Assembly: GCA_030770535.1 (NCBI GenBank)
Contig: JASVEC010000130.1
Location: 1 to 44,514 of the forward strand
DNA from: Batkoa obscura
Taxonomy: Eukaryota
Direction: 5' to 3'
Length of the DNA: 44,514 nucleotides
Shown: in pieces, positions 12,361 through 25,263 of the stretch
Layout: each line of letters begins with the position of its first letter
How positions within the stretch are numbered: the stretch's first letter is position 1
Notes under the pieces: model-generated
The model's input: the letters and a program-made list of their open reading frames with translations, nothing else
Told to the model about the DNA's origin: nothing
Databases searched by the model: none
Position numbers and translations under genes: made by a program

Positions 12361-13912
12361 CTTTTAGAAATATAATTTTTTTAATTAAAAAAAAGAAACA
12401 AATAAAAATAATAAATAGTTTAAATAAACTGAATTAATAAAAACTGTCATGCTATTTTACCACCCTTTTATATTACTTTGATTCATATAATTGCACATTC
12501 CATCATTCTATTTTTTTGTATCCCTTTGGTCCCCGTATTGTTTAATTGCTAACTTAGATTACACCATTTTGATTGTCAATCACACCATCGTTTAGAGAAT
12601 TAACGGATTACAAATATGGTTAATAGCCTATAATATCGAGTTAAAAATAAGTAATTAAAATAAATTAAAAGGTACAATTCATACAAAAAGTTAGAAATTT
12701 AGAAAATTACGGAATATGATTGGTTTAATTTAAAATTGAGAATTGTAGAATGGAAGATAACGAATAATTCAAATTAAAAAAATAATTTCCAAAATCTTTT
12801 TCAAAACTTTGAGAATAATAATTGGTTGAAAATAATAGCCAATGAAATTTACTTTCTGTGCAACCTTTCCCCAACTCTTGATTTAAGTGGTAGATACTAG
12901 AATGTGTTTTCATTGACTATTGGCTTTTATTTTCCCTTTATTTTGTCATTTGATTTATTTTTTGCTAATTTTCAAGGATGGTTAGCAGTTTGACATATTT
13001 TATTCTTCAAGTTTTTTTGCCACCTTTGTTAATTCCTCGAAAAGTTGTTATAGTTGAATGGAAATTCTTCAACTATATGAGATTTCTATATTGTAAAAGA
13101 AACTTGATATATTAATAAATGGTGAATGTTTATGCTAATCAGATTTTAAAGTGTTAATTATTAATTGTGTTTATTGCTATTAGTAATTAAATGTACAGAA
13201 TATTATAAGCCAATTGAGCTATAGGTTTATCTGCTAATCTTTTAGAAATGACATACTTCTTGATAAAAACATAACCTAAAGTTTATTTACAGATTTTGTT
13301 AGTGAATTTTTTTATAGTTTGATAAGAGTATAATAAACTGTTATAATTTTTTACCTTTTTGAGTATTTTTTATTTTTTTATTTCATTCTTTTTCATCATT
13401 AATTTTTAATATACTCATTTATTAAATTTAGAATTTATTATCGAATCATCATTATAATATTCTATCAATAATGTTAAGTTCTATTTAAATTAAGCTATAT
13501 ACTAATTATAGTACACTATTATTACTTATACAATCAAGTGTTATTCGATTTTCAAATAGTTGTAATTGTATTAAACTTTTTAGTATTTAATCTAGATTTT
13601 AATTGACTTGATTTAATTTTTAAGCTCAAATTGACAAGTGACATCTGAGGTTAATATCTCGTTTTAAGATAAACTAGGTTACTATCAAATAGAACACCAT
13701 AACATTAAATAAAATACCTAAATAAAGACACTATTGAATAGACTAATATAAGGTATACTATTGAAACAATATAGTTAAATATAATAAAATTATTTTAAAA
13801 TGTTTGATTATTAAAAAACAAATATACCAATCCTCCACAGAAACTAAATTTAAATAAAATTTTATTTACTATATAATTGTTAGTTTACAATCCATTAGAC
13901 TAAATCTCCTCT

Positions 13913-14395
13913 CTAAACGACTACTGGAGTAGTAGTGACTACTGGGGTAGCAACATTATAGAATCCTAACCAATATGATCTGGTGGCGAAAGGAGTAATA
14001 AAGAGACCTAATAAAGCCAAAGAGATCAAAATCCATAAACCAAAGGTAAATGAATTATGACCAGTAAAGTGGAAAATAGTCATAAAGAAAAGAGCAAACA
14101 TAATGATAAGACTAAATACATCACCACTTGTTCTATTACCTTGAGCAAAGATATTGAAAATAACACCAATACTTAATAACAAGAAACCATCAAGTAAAGT
14201 ACGTTCGGCGGCTACGGAAGCACGGTAATTGTTTCTTTCAATAATGACAGGGTTTGCTGTGTTTGACTCAGCAGCGGCTTCTTCATGCTTTGTACTATTG
14301 AACTGGAAAAATCTTAATGCGAAGGAGGTGAACAACCATAGTAAAAATACTACAAATACAGCACTGGTTTGGATAATATATTCAGGTTGAAACAT
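13913..14395 (-). CDS. hypothetical integral membrane protein (about 4 TM segments)
   Basis: 160-aa ORF, more GC-rich than its flanks, with four hydrophobic stretches, AAAATG start context and an upstream TATA-like TATATAA. Confidence 0.7.
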   Translation of the reverse strand: MFQPEYIIQTSAVFVVFLLWLFTSFALRFFQFNSTKHEEAAAESNTANPVIIERNNYRASVAAERTLLDGFLLLSIGVIFNIFAQGNRTSGDVFSLIIMFALFFMTIFHFTGHNSFTFGLWILISLALLGLFITPFATRSYWLGFYNVATPVVTTTPVVV

Positions 14396-15886
14396 TTTGA
14401 TGAGTTTATTTACTTTTTAGATTATAATAAATATTTGAATTAATAATTCTTTAAGATAATTTTTTAGTGCCTTATATACCTTTTAAATTTTTGAATTTTT
14501 ATGACTTTTTAGCATGATCGAAAGTTTAGCTAGGTTTCAAATAAGCTGAGATTCGTTAATAAGCTGCATATTAATTTTTTTAAAGGATTATCGATTTAAG
14601 TTAATCCACACAGCCATTAATAAGGACTTATTTTTATTTTCTAACATATTTATATATATCCGATAACTTCAAATGGTTGATATTCAATTGATAGCTAATA
14701 GTATAATAAGGTTATTTTTAGTTTATTTCTTTTGTATATAATAAAATAGCCTAATGATAATATGATAATAGTTAATCATAATTGATATTTTATTTTTGCA
14801 CTTTATAATATTGTTTTTAATAGCGTCATAATGATCCTAAAACTTTTTTTGTTTTATATGAAAAAAAGAAGACTTATTGACTATAATGCCACTTACACTT
14901 TATCCTCTAAAAAAAGACATGGGATTTCTTTAATTGAGTGAAATAATAATATTATTAAAATAACGTAATGGATTATCGTTTTTATTAAAATAATATCAGG
15001 GTTTACTAAAAAATTCTTATTAATGTTAATAACTCAGCATGAGACGGCTGTTCTGGTTTTGCAATATTGTTTTTTACAGGAACTTGCCAATGCTATTACA
15101 GTTTGACCACATTATTTTTTTACAAGTAAAAAATAGGCATTTTGCTTTAATTTTATATTATAGTTTTAAACTATTCTAATTACTAGTAGTAGGCATGACC
15201 TCATTTTTTAAATGAAAATTAAACACTTTTTTGAAATAAAAATGAACACCTAAACAATGGTGTGTTTGTTCGGTAATAATGATTGTATTCTATTTAAAAT
15301 TAGACTATTTTACTTTGCCATTTATGACTCAATAAACTTAAATTTGGATAAGTTGGGGAAATAGAGAGTCAAAAAAATAGATATCAAAGTTACAATCTAT
15401 TATTGCAATTACTCTCATACTTGGAGTAAATATTCCAGAGAAAATTTAAATTTATGCTTTAATATTTTTCATTTTTTTTGTTATGGTTTTCTTTTGAAAA
15501 GAATTTGTTTTTCAGTAATTCACCTTTTTCTATTTAAATTTTAATCCTTGCAAAATAAACTTGCCCAGTTTTGAAAATAGACTGTTTGGCTCTTGTTTTA
15601 ATTAACAACAGATGAACAAAAGGATAGTTGAATAGTAGACGATAGAGACTAAATAAATAAAATAACATGGTCCTTTTAGTTCATGTTTTTAAATTAAAGT
15701 TTAAACCACTTTTTTTATAAGTGAATTCATTTCTTTGAAAGCGTTAAAAAATTAGCTTTTCATAAAAATCACCTTGTTTCATGTAAAATCAGTAATTCAT
15801 TTTTAACCAAGGCATAAACTCCTCTCAATCTTTAAAATGCAGTAAAATTAAAAGTTGAAAATTCATAACTTTATTTTCATATAAAG

Positions 15887-16010
15887 TAGATTAAGCTTGC
15901 GAACCAGCATGAGGACGCGAATATTCGCCCAATTGCTAAAAAAAATTCTCAATCGCTAGTAATTGGGGAAATAGCTTGTATCTTCGCGCTGGTTCACAGC
16001 TTTATATCTA
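15887..16010. mobile_element. MITE-like hairpin element, family B (single copy here)
   Basis: Left TAGATTAAGCTTGCGAACCAGCATGAGGA versus reverse complement of the right end TAGATATAAAGCTGTGAACCAGCGCGAAGA; a GC-rich island in AT-rich DNA. Confidence 0.55.
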
Positions 16011-16172
16011 CAATAGTAATAATCAACCTATTTTTAATTAGTAACTTTTGATAAATTTTACTCAATTGAGTTTTTTAAATACTAAAGTATCATGGATATT
16101 ATATTTCATCTTAGTAAATATAATAACAATCTTAATTCCTCTATCTATATATTTTATTAACATAAAACTCTA

Positions 16173-18311
16173 TTAATCTTCCTCATCACTTTCTTGATCA
16201 TCGTTAACAGCGATTGGCATTTTCTGTTAAAAAACATTAAACTTCACAACTCAACTAAATAAAAAGATCAACTTACCTCTTCCATAACAATAGGATTTTT
16301 AAATTGATATCCATTTTGAGAAAACCTTTTATAAAGAGTAGGATTGGTAGAGATATCCCATACCTTAGCTGTACCTTTCGATCCTGCCATGGCCAAGTAA
16401 TTTGGATTGTCGGGATTGAATGTAAGACTAAATACTTGACCCTAAATAATAAATAAGATTAATACTACTATCACCATCTCCTCATTCCTCTTATTTTCAG
16501 TAATTGTGCTAACAAAAAGAACTTACCAATTCAAAGTTCCTCTTTAATAACATATTAGGTTTGTTATCTTTAAGATCCCATATTTTAATTAATTTATCTG
16601 TTGATCCTGTAACTAAACAATTGGGAATAGCTGGATTTAACTCCATAGCTGAAACAGCTTTATCATGACAATGTAATGTAAAGATTGAATTAGCTGTATT
16701 TCTAACATCATATGAGTATACTATTCCATTATCTGTTGATATCTAAAATAAATCATAATAAATAAATTATTACTATTGTATTAGCAAAACAAACTTACGT
16801 AGCATTGATTAGGATTAAAAGGATCCCATTTAACAGTTTCAATTTCATTTGGTAAATTAATAGAGTGATGAGATTGTGGTGAACGAGAATCAAAGATTTT
16901 AACTTGATGATTATAGCCACCACTTAATAAAATAGTTGATTCAATTGGATGCCATTGGACTGCTTGTACCTAATACTATATTAACTAATTATAATTTGGA
17001 TTATAGTTAAACTATTACCTTATCTTGATGAATGTTAAAGGATCTCATGGCTTTACATGTAGCCAAATCCCAAATTTTAATTGTTGTATCCGCAGATGAA
17101 GAAGCTAACAAATTACTAAATAAAAGAGTTAATAAATTGTTTTGTCATTATAATTATATTAGTTGTTATGTTAAATATTTACGTATGATTTTTGTTCCAA
17201 TGTAATGCCATAACGGCATCAATGTGATAATTGTCGTTAATTTTCTAACAAAATTAATAGTATTTAGTATTATTATATACCATTATATATTGTTTACCTT
17301 TCCTTTCTTTTTATTTTTACCTAAAACGGCATGAGGATAAACAGCATCAATAAAATCCAAATCCCAAATTTCGATTTCAGATTCAAAAGATCCAATAGCA
17401 ACAAAAGAGCCTAAAAAATGATTTTAACACAATTACATATTATATAACATTAGTAATGTTATATAATGTGAAACTAATAGCCTACCTTTTTTATCATTGG
17501 CAGCTTTAGGGCAAAAATTAAACCACTCTAAGGAAAGCGGAAAAGAAGGAAGTAACATATCATGATGAGTATAAATATTGTTTTCTTTTTCTTCAAATAA
17601 ATAAACTTCTAAGCAACTTAATTCTTGTTCTGTTTTTCCTCCTAATAATAAACTATCGTCTAATTCTATTAATAAATCTTCTTCATCTTCTTTTTCTAAA
17701 TTCAATTTATCTAACTAAAATGAATATATAAATCAACTATTTTAAGTTATTGTTATTGTGAATCTTACGTTCTCAATATTTTCGCCATCTTCATTATCTT
17801 TTAATAACTCATCAACATTACCAAAGATAGTTACTTCTATAATTAGTAGTTAGTATCTATGTTTTAAATATATTAATTTATATCGGTTTACCAGTTGATT
17901 CATCATCATAATTATCTAAATTATAAATTGAAAGGTCATTTTTATCTTTTTGTTCAACTATGACTTCTTCTTCGCTTTCTTCTTCTTCTTCAATGTCTTC
18001 AGCATCATCAACACCATCTCCCATAACATCACTAACAAAAAGTAATTAAAACCATATTTTTTTAAAACAAAGGATCGACTGTATAGTCAATATCATCCAA
18101 CTTACCCTTCATCTAACTTTAAACCAAGCATTTCATCTTCAAGTCCCATTTCGTTCCATTTTTCTTTTTCTAAATTTAAACCTTTTTTAGCTAATTGAAT
18201 CTGACGGTCTGAATATTGCTTGAAGTTTTCAATTTCTTGCTCACTCATCTCAATTCTTTTTGGTACTCTAGCATTTGCCCCACGAGGCACCCATTTTAAA
18301 CTAGTGATCAT
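16173..18311 (-). CDS. PWP1: PWP1 periodic tryptophan (WD40) ribosome-biogenesis protein; 11 exons, 10 GT-AG introns
   Basis: MITSLKWVPRG start, DLSIYNLDNYDDE, LEVYLFEE..NIYTHHDMLLPSFPLSLEW, FVAIGSFESEIEIWDLD, LLASSSADTTIKIWDL. The spliced frame can be followed to TAA at 16173-16175. Confidence 0.92.
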
Positions 18312-18524
18312 CTTTACAGTGTTCGGTTTTGTTTAATTTTAAAAAACTAAAGTTTTTTCTTTTTTTCGATAATGTTTCAATAGTTGGTTCACAAAAAAGA
18401 TAGAAATGATTGGCTGTAGCGAAAAGTTATTCTTTTAACCTTCTTTTTAGGGGTTTTGGCAGAATTAATAATTTTAAATCAAAAAATTAAAACTCGACTT
18501 CTTATAAATTAACTATATAATATA
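18312..18524. promoter_or_regulatory. putative bidirectional promoter shared by PWP1 and RRP3
   Basis: 213 bp between divergent ATGs; contains ATTGG (CCAAT box, ~18409) and poly-T/A tracts. Confidence 0.55.
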
Positions 18525-20121
18525 ATGAGCGATAAGGAAATTGAAGTTAAAGAGGTCATCGAAACGAAACAAGAAGATGAGGAAGAATCTGTTACTTTTG
18601 AAAGCTTGGTAATAAATGAACTAAAATTTAGTTAAGGAGCAAGAAATAGTAATTCTTATTTTCTAGGGTTTATTAGAGCAATTATGTCAAGCTTGTAAAG
18701 ATTTGAAGTTTGCATCACCAACTCAAATTCAAAAAGAAGCAATTCCTTATGCTTTAGAGGGTAATTAGAAACAAATAATATAATAAAACTAATAAAATTA
18801 ACTTTTTAAATACAGGTAAAGATTTAATTGCTTTAGCTCAAACGGGTTCCGGAAAAACTGCTGCTTTTGCACTTCCAATTTTACATCACTTATGGCAAAA
18901 ACCATCCGGATTATTTGCTTTAGTTCTAGCTCCTACCAGGTAACAAGAAGATATCTGTGTAATAATAATAATAATAATGACTTTTAATTAGAGAGTTGGC
19001 TATTCAAATTTCAGAAACTTTTGATTCTTTAGGTTCAGGCATGGGAGTACGTACAGCAGTCATTGTTGGTGGTATGGATATGATGGCTCAGTCTTTAGCA
19101 TTAGCTAAAAAGCCACATATTATTGTAGCTACCCCTGGGCGTATTCAAGATCATATTGAAAATACTAAAGGTTTTTCATTAAGAGGGATTAAATTTTTGG
19201 TGAGTTTTAAAAGTAATAGTAAATTATAGTTATTTATTTATAACAATAATTAGGTAATGGACGAAGCCGATAAATTATTAGATATGGATTTTGGACCCAA
19301 AATAGAACAAATCCTAAAAGTATTACCAAAAGAAAGAAACACCTATTTATTTTCAGCTACCATGACAACTAAAGTAGCTAAATTACAACGAGCTAGTTTA
19401 AACAAACCAGTTAAAGTAGAAGTGAATAGCAAATATTCCACTGTTGATTCTTTATTACAATTTTATTTATTTTTCCCCTTTAAACATAAGGATAGTTATC
19501 TTGTTTATTTGATGAATGAATTAGCCGGAAATTCTGGTATTGTATTCACACGTACCTGTAACGATTGCCAAAAGATTGCTTTAATGTTACGTAGTTTAGG
19601 CTTCCCAGCTATTCCATTACATGGTCAATTGTCTATGCCGAAGCGTGTTGGTGCATTGAACAAGTTCAAAAGTGGGAATAAGAATCTTTTAATTGCTACT
19701 GATGTAGCTGCTAGAGGTTTAGATATACCTCAAGTAGACATGGTTATCAATTATGATGTACCTACTCATTCAAAAGACTATATCCATAGAGTTGGTCGTA
19801 CTGCACGTGCAGGTAGAGCGGGTAAATCTCTCACTTTAGTTACTCAGTACGATGTTGAATTGTTACAAAGGATTGAAGCTGTGATTGATAAAAAAATGAA
19901 AGAATTCCCAATTGATAAAGAGGCAGTACTTTTACTACAGGATAGAGTTAACGAAGCCCAAAGGTTGGCTGCTATGGTAAGTAGCTATTTTACTTTAAGG
20001 TGAAGTTAATACTAACAAGGTTCTTTAGGAAATGAAAGAGAGCGGTGGAAATAAAAGAGGAGGAAGTAAAAGAAAAGATGCCCCAGAGACATTTAAACCA
20101 AAAGTTAAAAGCAGACGTTAA
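18525..20121 (+). CDS. RRP3: DEAD-box rRNA-processing helicase RRP3/DDX47; exons 18525-18608, 18667-18760, 18816-18939, 18992-19199, 19254-19976, 20029-20121
   Basis: Q motif ([16 protein letters not shown]), [25 protein letters not shown] and [28 protein letters not shown] is typical of RRP3/DDX47; all introns GT-AG. Confidence 0.93.
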
Positions 20122-20291
20122 GCAACTTGATTTTTTTTCGAAAAAAATAGAGATTGTATGATGTATTAAATAAAAAAGGGAATAGAAATAGAAAAAATGA
20201 TAGAATGTCTTATTCTTTTTTTAAAATATGTGTTAGAATAGAAATATTACTAATTTAAGTTAGAATATACTTTATTTAAAAATTAGAGAAT

Positions 20292-21003
20292 TTATTGCTT
20301 AGCATTAGTTAACATTTCCTTTACCATAGCAGCACACATTTTAGCATAGGGATTTTCTTGCACTGCTATTTTTTTAGCTAGCTCATTACCATATTTTGCA
20401 CCTAATTCAATATCTTTTAAAGCTGCCGTTTCTTCTTCTTCAGTTTTTGCTAATACTTTATAATGCAATCCACGTTGAGTGTAAGCCTGTCACAAAAGAA
20501 AAATAAATTTGGTAAAGGAAAAAGTATTAATAATATGTGATTTAAATTTACCTGTTTTAAAGTAATTTTATCTTGAATTAAAAGCCCTTTTTCAATTGCT
20601 AAGTCTAAATCAGAAACACTCTTCTCTATTTCGTTTAACATTCTATAAGCTTGGGCTCTGATTACAGATAAAAATTTAATAAAATTCCATTACCAATACT
20701 CATTATCGATTTTAAAACTTACCTATTATTATACCCAGATGCATAATCTGGGCACATCTCAATGACTTTAGTAAATAGCTCAACGCTTTCAGCCAACCCA
20801 TTATTACCTTCTTCCGCTTTCTTTATGCCTTCTTTTTCTAAAGATTGTAATTGAGATAATAATCCTGGTTCTATTACCTTAGCTGGCTTCTCATTAGTTT
20901 CTTCAAGTGTAAAGCCATCGTTAGCGCCTGGATAACCATTATCAGGGTTAAATAAATGTTCTAATATTTTTTGGTCCTTTTCACTAAGTTGTGGGGTAGT
21001 CAT
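20292..21003 (-). CDS. TTC36: tetratricopeptide repeat protein 36-like; exons 21003-20723, 20657-20552, 20486-20292
   Basis: DQKILEHLFNPD, ASGYNNRAQAYR, KQAYTQRG and the terminal GAKYGNELAKKIAVQENPYAKMCAAMVKEM resemble TTC36. Confidence 0.85.
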
Positions 21004-21769
21004 TTTGTTAATATTGTTGAGGAATGGATAAATAAAATTGAGCTGAATACTATTTTTTGTATTTTATAGTTTAACTTAATCTTCTTCCCTGACTTTTTTT
21101 CGAAGTTTTAATTTTTATGTGACTAAATTAATTGGCTAAATTTTACTTTTTTAAATGCTCAAGTATTTTTTTATTAGATTTTTAGTATCTATGACAACAT
21201 TATTTTTCTATTTACACTTTGCAATATTCAAATTAAAAAATATTAATATAAATTATATTGAACAAAAATAGCGTATTTTTAGTGATTTTATTTTTAATTA
21301 CAACGAATAAGGTTATTATAGCCACTTTTTTTGGTTAAGACGCTATTCGAAAAAAACTGGATCAATTTTATAGAATGTTGCACTAAAGTTTTAATTTTAT
21401 TTTATTTTGACCAATAAAATTGAATAATATTATTAGAAATTGGTTGAAATTTTTTGATCAATATTTTTCGAAACGGACCAAAAAAATTCAAAGGAGAGAT
21501 ATATTTGTGGGGATCCTATATTCCATAAAATATGATAATGAATTAGTTAAAGGAGAGCAGAGATGATTTGTTGAGATTCATCTAATAAGCAATTCGTATA
21601 CACTCTGGTTAGGATTAAAAACAAAAGGACTACGGCTAGGGTTTTAGCTTTCTATTGGTCGAAATCTGACTAATTATCTCATCATCTCTATTCTATTTAT
21701 TACGTTTTACTTATTACATCTTTGCTTTTTAAAAAATATTAACTTATTTGAAAGATGGAAGTTAAAATT

Positions 21770-23310
21770 ATAAGATGGATAAATCTTTGGGCTTGGACTC
21801 ACCTTTTAATGGGAATATTGAAGAGTATACAAAACATTGAAAAACCATACTGGAAGAATATGAAATAGGTTGTATAATTAACGAATATATATGAGTTGTA
21901 ATTTTGTTAAATGGATTAAAGGCAATACTGATTTAAATGATAGATTAAACTGAGATATGTGCTTCATTTATTATGAATAGCGATTAAAGTTTTATAAAGA
22001 AGGATATATATTCTATATGGTATTTCAAACAAGCTAAAGAAGAAATTTATAGACAGCTTTATAAGTTATTTCCAAAGATGAAATGTACTATAGCTAGAGC
22101 ATGCATTATTTCTGGTTACAATAAATCATACAAAGAATTAAAAAGTTAACCGGAAATAAACATAATGATGAAAGGATATTTTACTAATAATTTGAGAATT
22201 TATAATTCAATTATGGGAAGTGAAATAAAATATTATATAACAGGTGACTATAGATTAAGATATCATGATCCTATTGAAGTTAACTATAATTATAATGATG
22301 CATGTATTGTAAGCAAAACTAAAGAATGTCCCAGTATTTGTCATAAAGGTGACAGTTACCAACTTAAAGGACATGTATATTTCGATTTGTTGAAAAATAG
22401 TATATTAGATGTCAAACCGAATAACAAGAGGCAAATTATATTCTAGAGATTCAATTGATAAATATCATTTAATAAATATCTCACTCTGTACCAAACTATG
22501 CTTATGTTAATAAGGATCTCTTAGTACTTTATTCTGCGTATACAAGCGATATAAAGAAGTACAAATTGCTCAGAAGATCCAGTTCAATTTCTAAAAAATT
22601 ACATTGTGTTATAAGAGGAATTCATTACAACTATGAATTCCCCAAATGAGTTGAAGATAACGTTAGTTTAACTGATAAAATCTCCAAAGCTATAAACGCA
22701 TCTTTTTTGATGAGTAATATATGTGACTTTGGTAATAAAAATATCACATATCCTATATGGTACCCAAAACAGCAGATGAAGCAACATATAAGCACTGTTA
22801 TATGAAATATTCTAAAATAAATATATAAGCCCAGTAGCAGAAATCAGTATATCATCAAAACCTAAAAATTGTAATTGTTTGTTTGTTATTAATGAGATTA
22901 TGTCCAAAATTAAAGAGCATGGAAAGGTATGAAAAAAAATGAACGAAGAACATGAAGTTTATTTAACGGATGAATGTGAAGAATATTTCAAAGGTCTGGG
23001 TTCAGGTACTTTAGTTTATTCCAGATTAAAATCTCAATAAATCAAAAACTTAACCGATGAATAATACGAGACAAATAAGCAATATATATTAGATGGTCCT
23101 TTAAATCCAGATGATATCTATTCTAATTACTGGGTTTACGATTTATTACAGAATGACGAAGCTATAGATTCTTTACTTCAACTGAAATCAAGATCTATTG
23201 AAGCTTATCTTGAAGTAAATCAAAATACAAGAACTATTATATTTAATAGGTCTATCGAAAATAAAAAAGAAGAGTATAAAAACAATGAAAGTAATGCAGA
23301 CCTATATTTA
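21770..23310 (+). pseudogene. pseudogene of an uncharacterised two-repeat fungal protein family
   Basis: Repeat 1: ICASFIMNSD*..YSIWYFKQAKEEIYRQLYKLFPKMKCTIARACIISGY. Repeat 2: KDLLVLYSAYTSDIKKYKLLRR..LHCVIRGIHYNYEFPK*..KAINASFLMSN..YPIWYPK. Multiple stops and frameshifts. Confidence 0.7.
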
Positions 23311-23476
23311 ACTTTTGGATTTTTTTTATAAAAACACAACCTATTTAACATGAATAAATAATCTTAATATTAAGTTTACTATTACATAACTTATCATTTG
23401 GATATTATGAAGTATTAGAACAAGCGGAATACACAACAGATATGAAATTGTACAAAATAAAATTGTAAAACGATAT

Positions 23477-23575
23477 GGGGATGTATTTTTGTGTTTAAGG
23501 ATTTTACTAACAACTTTTCCGCTTTAAATAGTGCTTAAAAATGGAAAAAATAATGAAGTCAAAAAAAACACTCCC
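23477..23575 (+). mobile_element. MITE family A copy
   Basis: ATAT-GGGGATGT...ACACTCCC-ATAT. Confidence 0.92.
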
Positions 23576-24856
23576 ATATACTACATCTAATAGACTATTT
23601 AAAAATTCAACTCAAAAGCTTCTTAATTAATGTGTTTATATCAAATAGTCAAGAAAAATCAACATTTATAAAAGGCATGGCAAAAGTGGAGATCATAAAC
23701 CAATTCAGAGATAAAGTAGCTTGAGTAAATAGATTAGTAGAAGGAACAAAAGAAAGCAGAGGATTAGGACATTTCAGTGTATTTAGATTGATGAATAGTA
23801 TTGTAAGAGGAAAGTAAGAAAAATTATCGATTGATATATATCAATAATTCAAAAGATTCATTCAACTTTAAAACAATAGAAGCATATAAATTTCGTCAAA
23901 AATCATTAAGAAGAAAGATTAGAGAAATTGAAAATATCAAATCTCGGCCTTATTGTAAAGTAAATTGCAGGAGTTAAAGGGAAATTAAGCTGTGTTATAA
24001 GAAGCACAAAATGATGTAATACAGGGTTGTAGGTAAAATTTTAGATACCATATTAAGGACAAGTGCGCTTAGTTTAAAAAAACATTGCATTTAGCAGTCA
24101 AACATTGTATTTAACCACTTTTTCTTTAATTTTATTAGCACTATTTTTAATAAAAATTGGAAATTTATTGTAACTTTAGGATCATGTCTAAATATGTTTA
24201 CAACTTTGAAATATATCTTTTTAAAGTAGTTTTGTCTTATTAAAATGTTTCAATCGTATTAAAAGTATAGTAGATACTGTATAATACTTTCCACTGTGGT
24301 TATTTATTTCTTGAATTTTATAATGTCATATAGGTATCAGATAAGGGATAAATATATGAGGATATGGTATAATTATATTATAAAAGATACGATATTCAAT
24401 TTGAATATATTTATCTTAAATATTATTTAATAAAAATAAAGGTTAGTGTAATTTTAATGATGGGATCATATTTATATAAGTCAAAGAAGTATTATTTAAA
24501 AAACCTAACAAATTTAATCTTATAAAATACTGGAAACAGTGTTCAGGTCATCCATGCTTTATTTTTTAAACTTTATAAAAATTCTATTTTAAATTAATTC
24601 TTAATTGATAACTTGATCTTAATAAATTGAATAGATTTTTTTATAAAGGGTAGGACTACATTAGGTTTTATTTTACATTATAAGTTAGTTTTGTTTGAAT
24701 ATTTTAATTTGTTGTTTATTTACTACTATTAATAGTTTATCTTAATAAGACTCTTGAAATTAATACTTCTAAGTAAACAAAAGGATGATTCAATCTATTT
24801 AAGTAATAATCTCTGTTTGATTTGAGTTAAAATAATATAACTACAAATTACTATAT

Positions 24857-24951
24857 GGGAGTGTTTTTCTTTAACTTCATTATTTTTTCCATTTTTTAAG
24901 TGCTATTTAGCGGAAAATTTGAGTAAAATTCTTAAACACAAATACATCCCC
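24857..24951 (-). mobile_element. MITE family A copy
   Basis: ATAT-GGGAGTGT...ACATCCCC-ATAT. Confidence 0.92.
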
Positions 24952-25149
24952 ATATAAAATAAATCAATTGTTTGATTTTATCTGTAAATAACTTTTATCT
25001 AATATAGATTTGGAAATACATAACTGATACCTTTTGTCTAAATCTTTTTATAATGTAATATTAGTCCAAATCGCGTTTTAAATTGGTTTTTACTTAGGGT
25101 TGAGTTATAAAAAAAACGTATATAATTTTTTTAAGATGTTTAGTTTTAT

Positions 25150-25220
25150 GCAATGTTGGTTTAGTGGTAAAATTGCCGCCTGCCACGCGGCAGCCCCGGG
25201 TTCGATTCCCGGACATTGCA
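25150..25220 (+). tRNA. tRNA-Gly(GCC)
   Basis: GCAATGT/ACATTGC acceptor stem, anticodon arm GCCGC-CTGCCAC-GCGGC, GTTCGATTC T loop; 71 nt. Confidence 0.96.
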
Positions 25221-25263
25221 ATTAGTATTCTCTAATCTTTTTTAATAATCATGTATTATTGCT

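Noticed and set aside
18445..18460. Telo-box-like TTAGGGGTTTT in the bidirectional promoter
   Set aside because: Single imperfect match; could be chance.
16173..21003. Minor (U12) or non-canonical introns
   Set aside because: All introns traced in PWP1, RRP3 and TTC36 are GT-AG without the GTATCCT donor.
22640..22655. TGA at a probable Trp position suggesting recoding or selenocysteine
   Set aside because: The same relic has TAA stops and frameshifts, and intact genes use TGG for Trp; simple decay.
23640..24070. Possible gag/zinc-knuckle remnant (CR*NFRYHIKDKC)
   Set aside because: Too degenerate; no proper CX2CX4HX4C spacing and no adjoining pol motifs.
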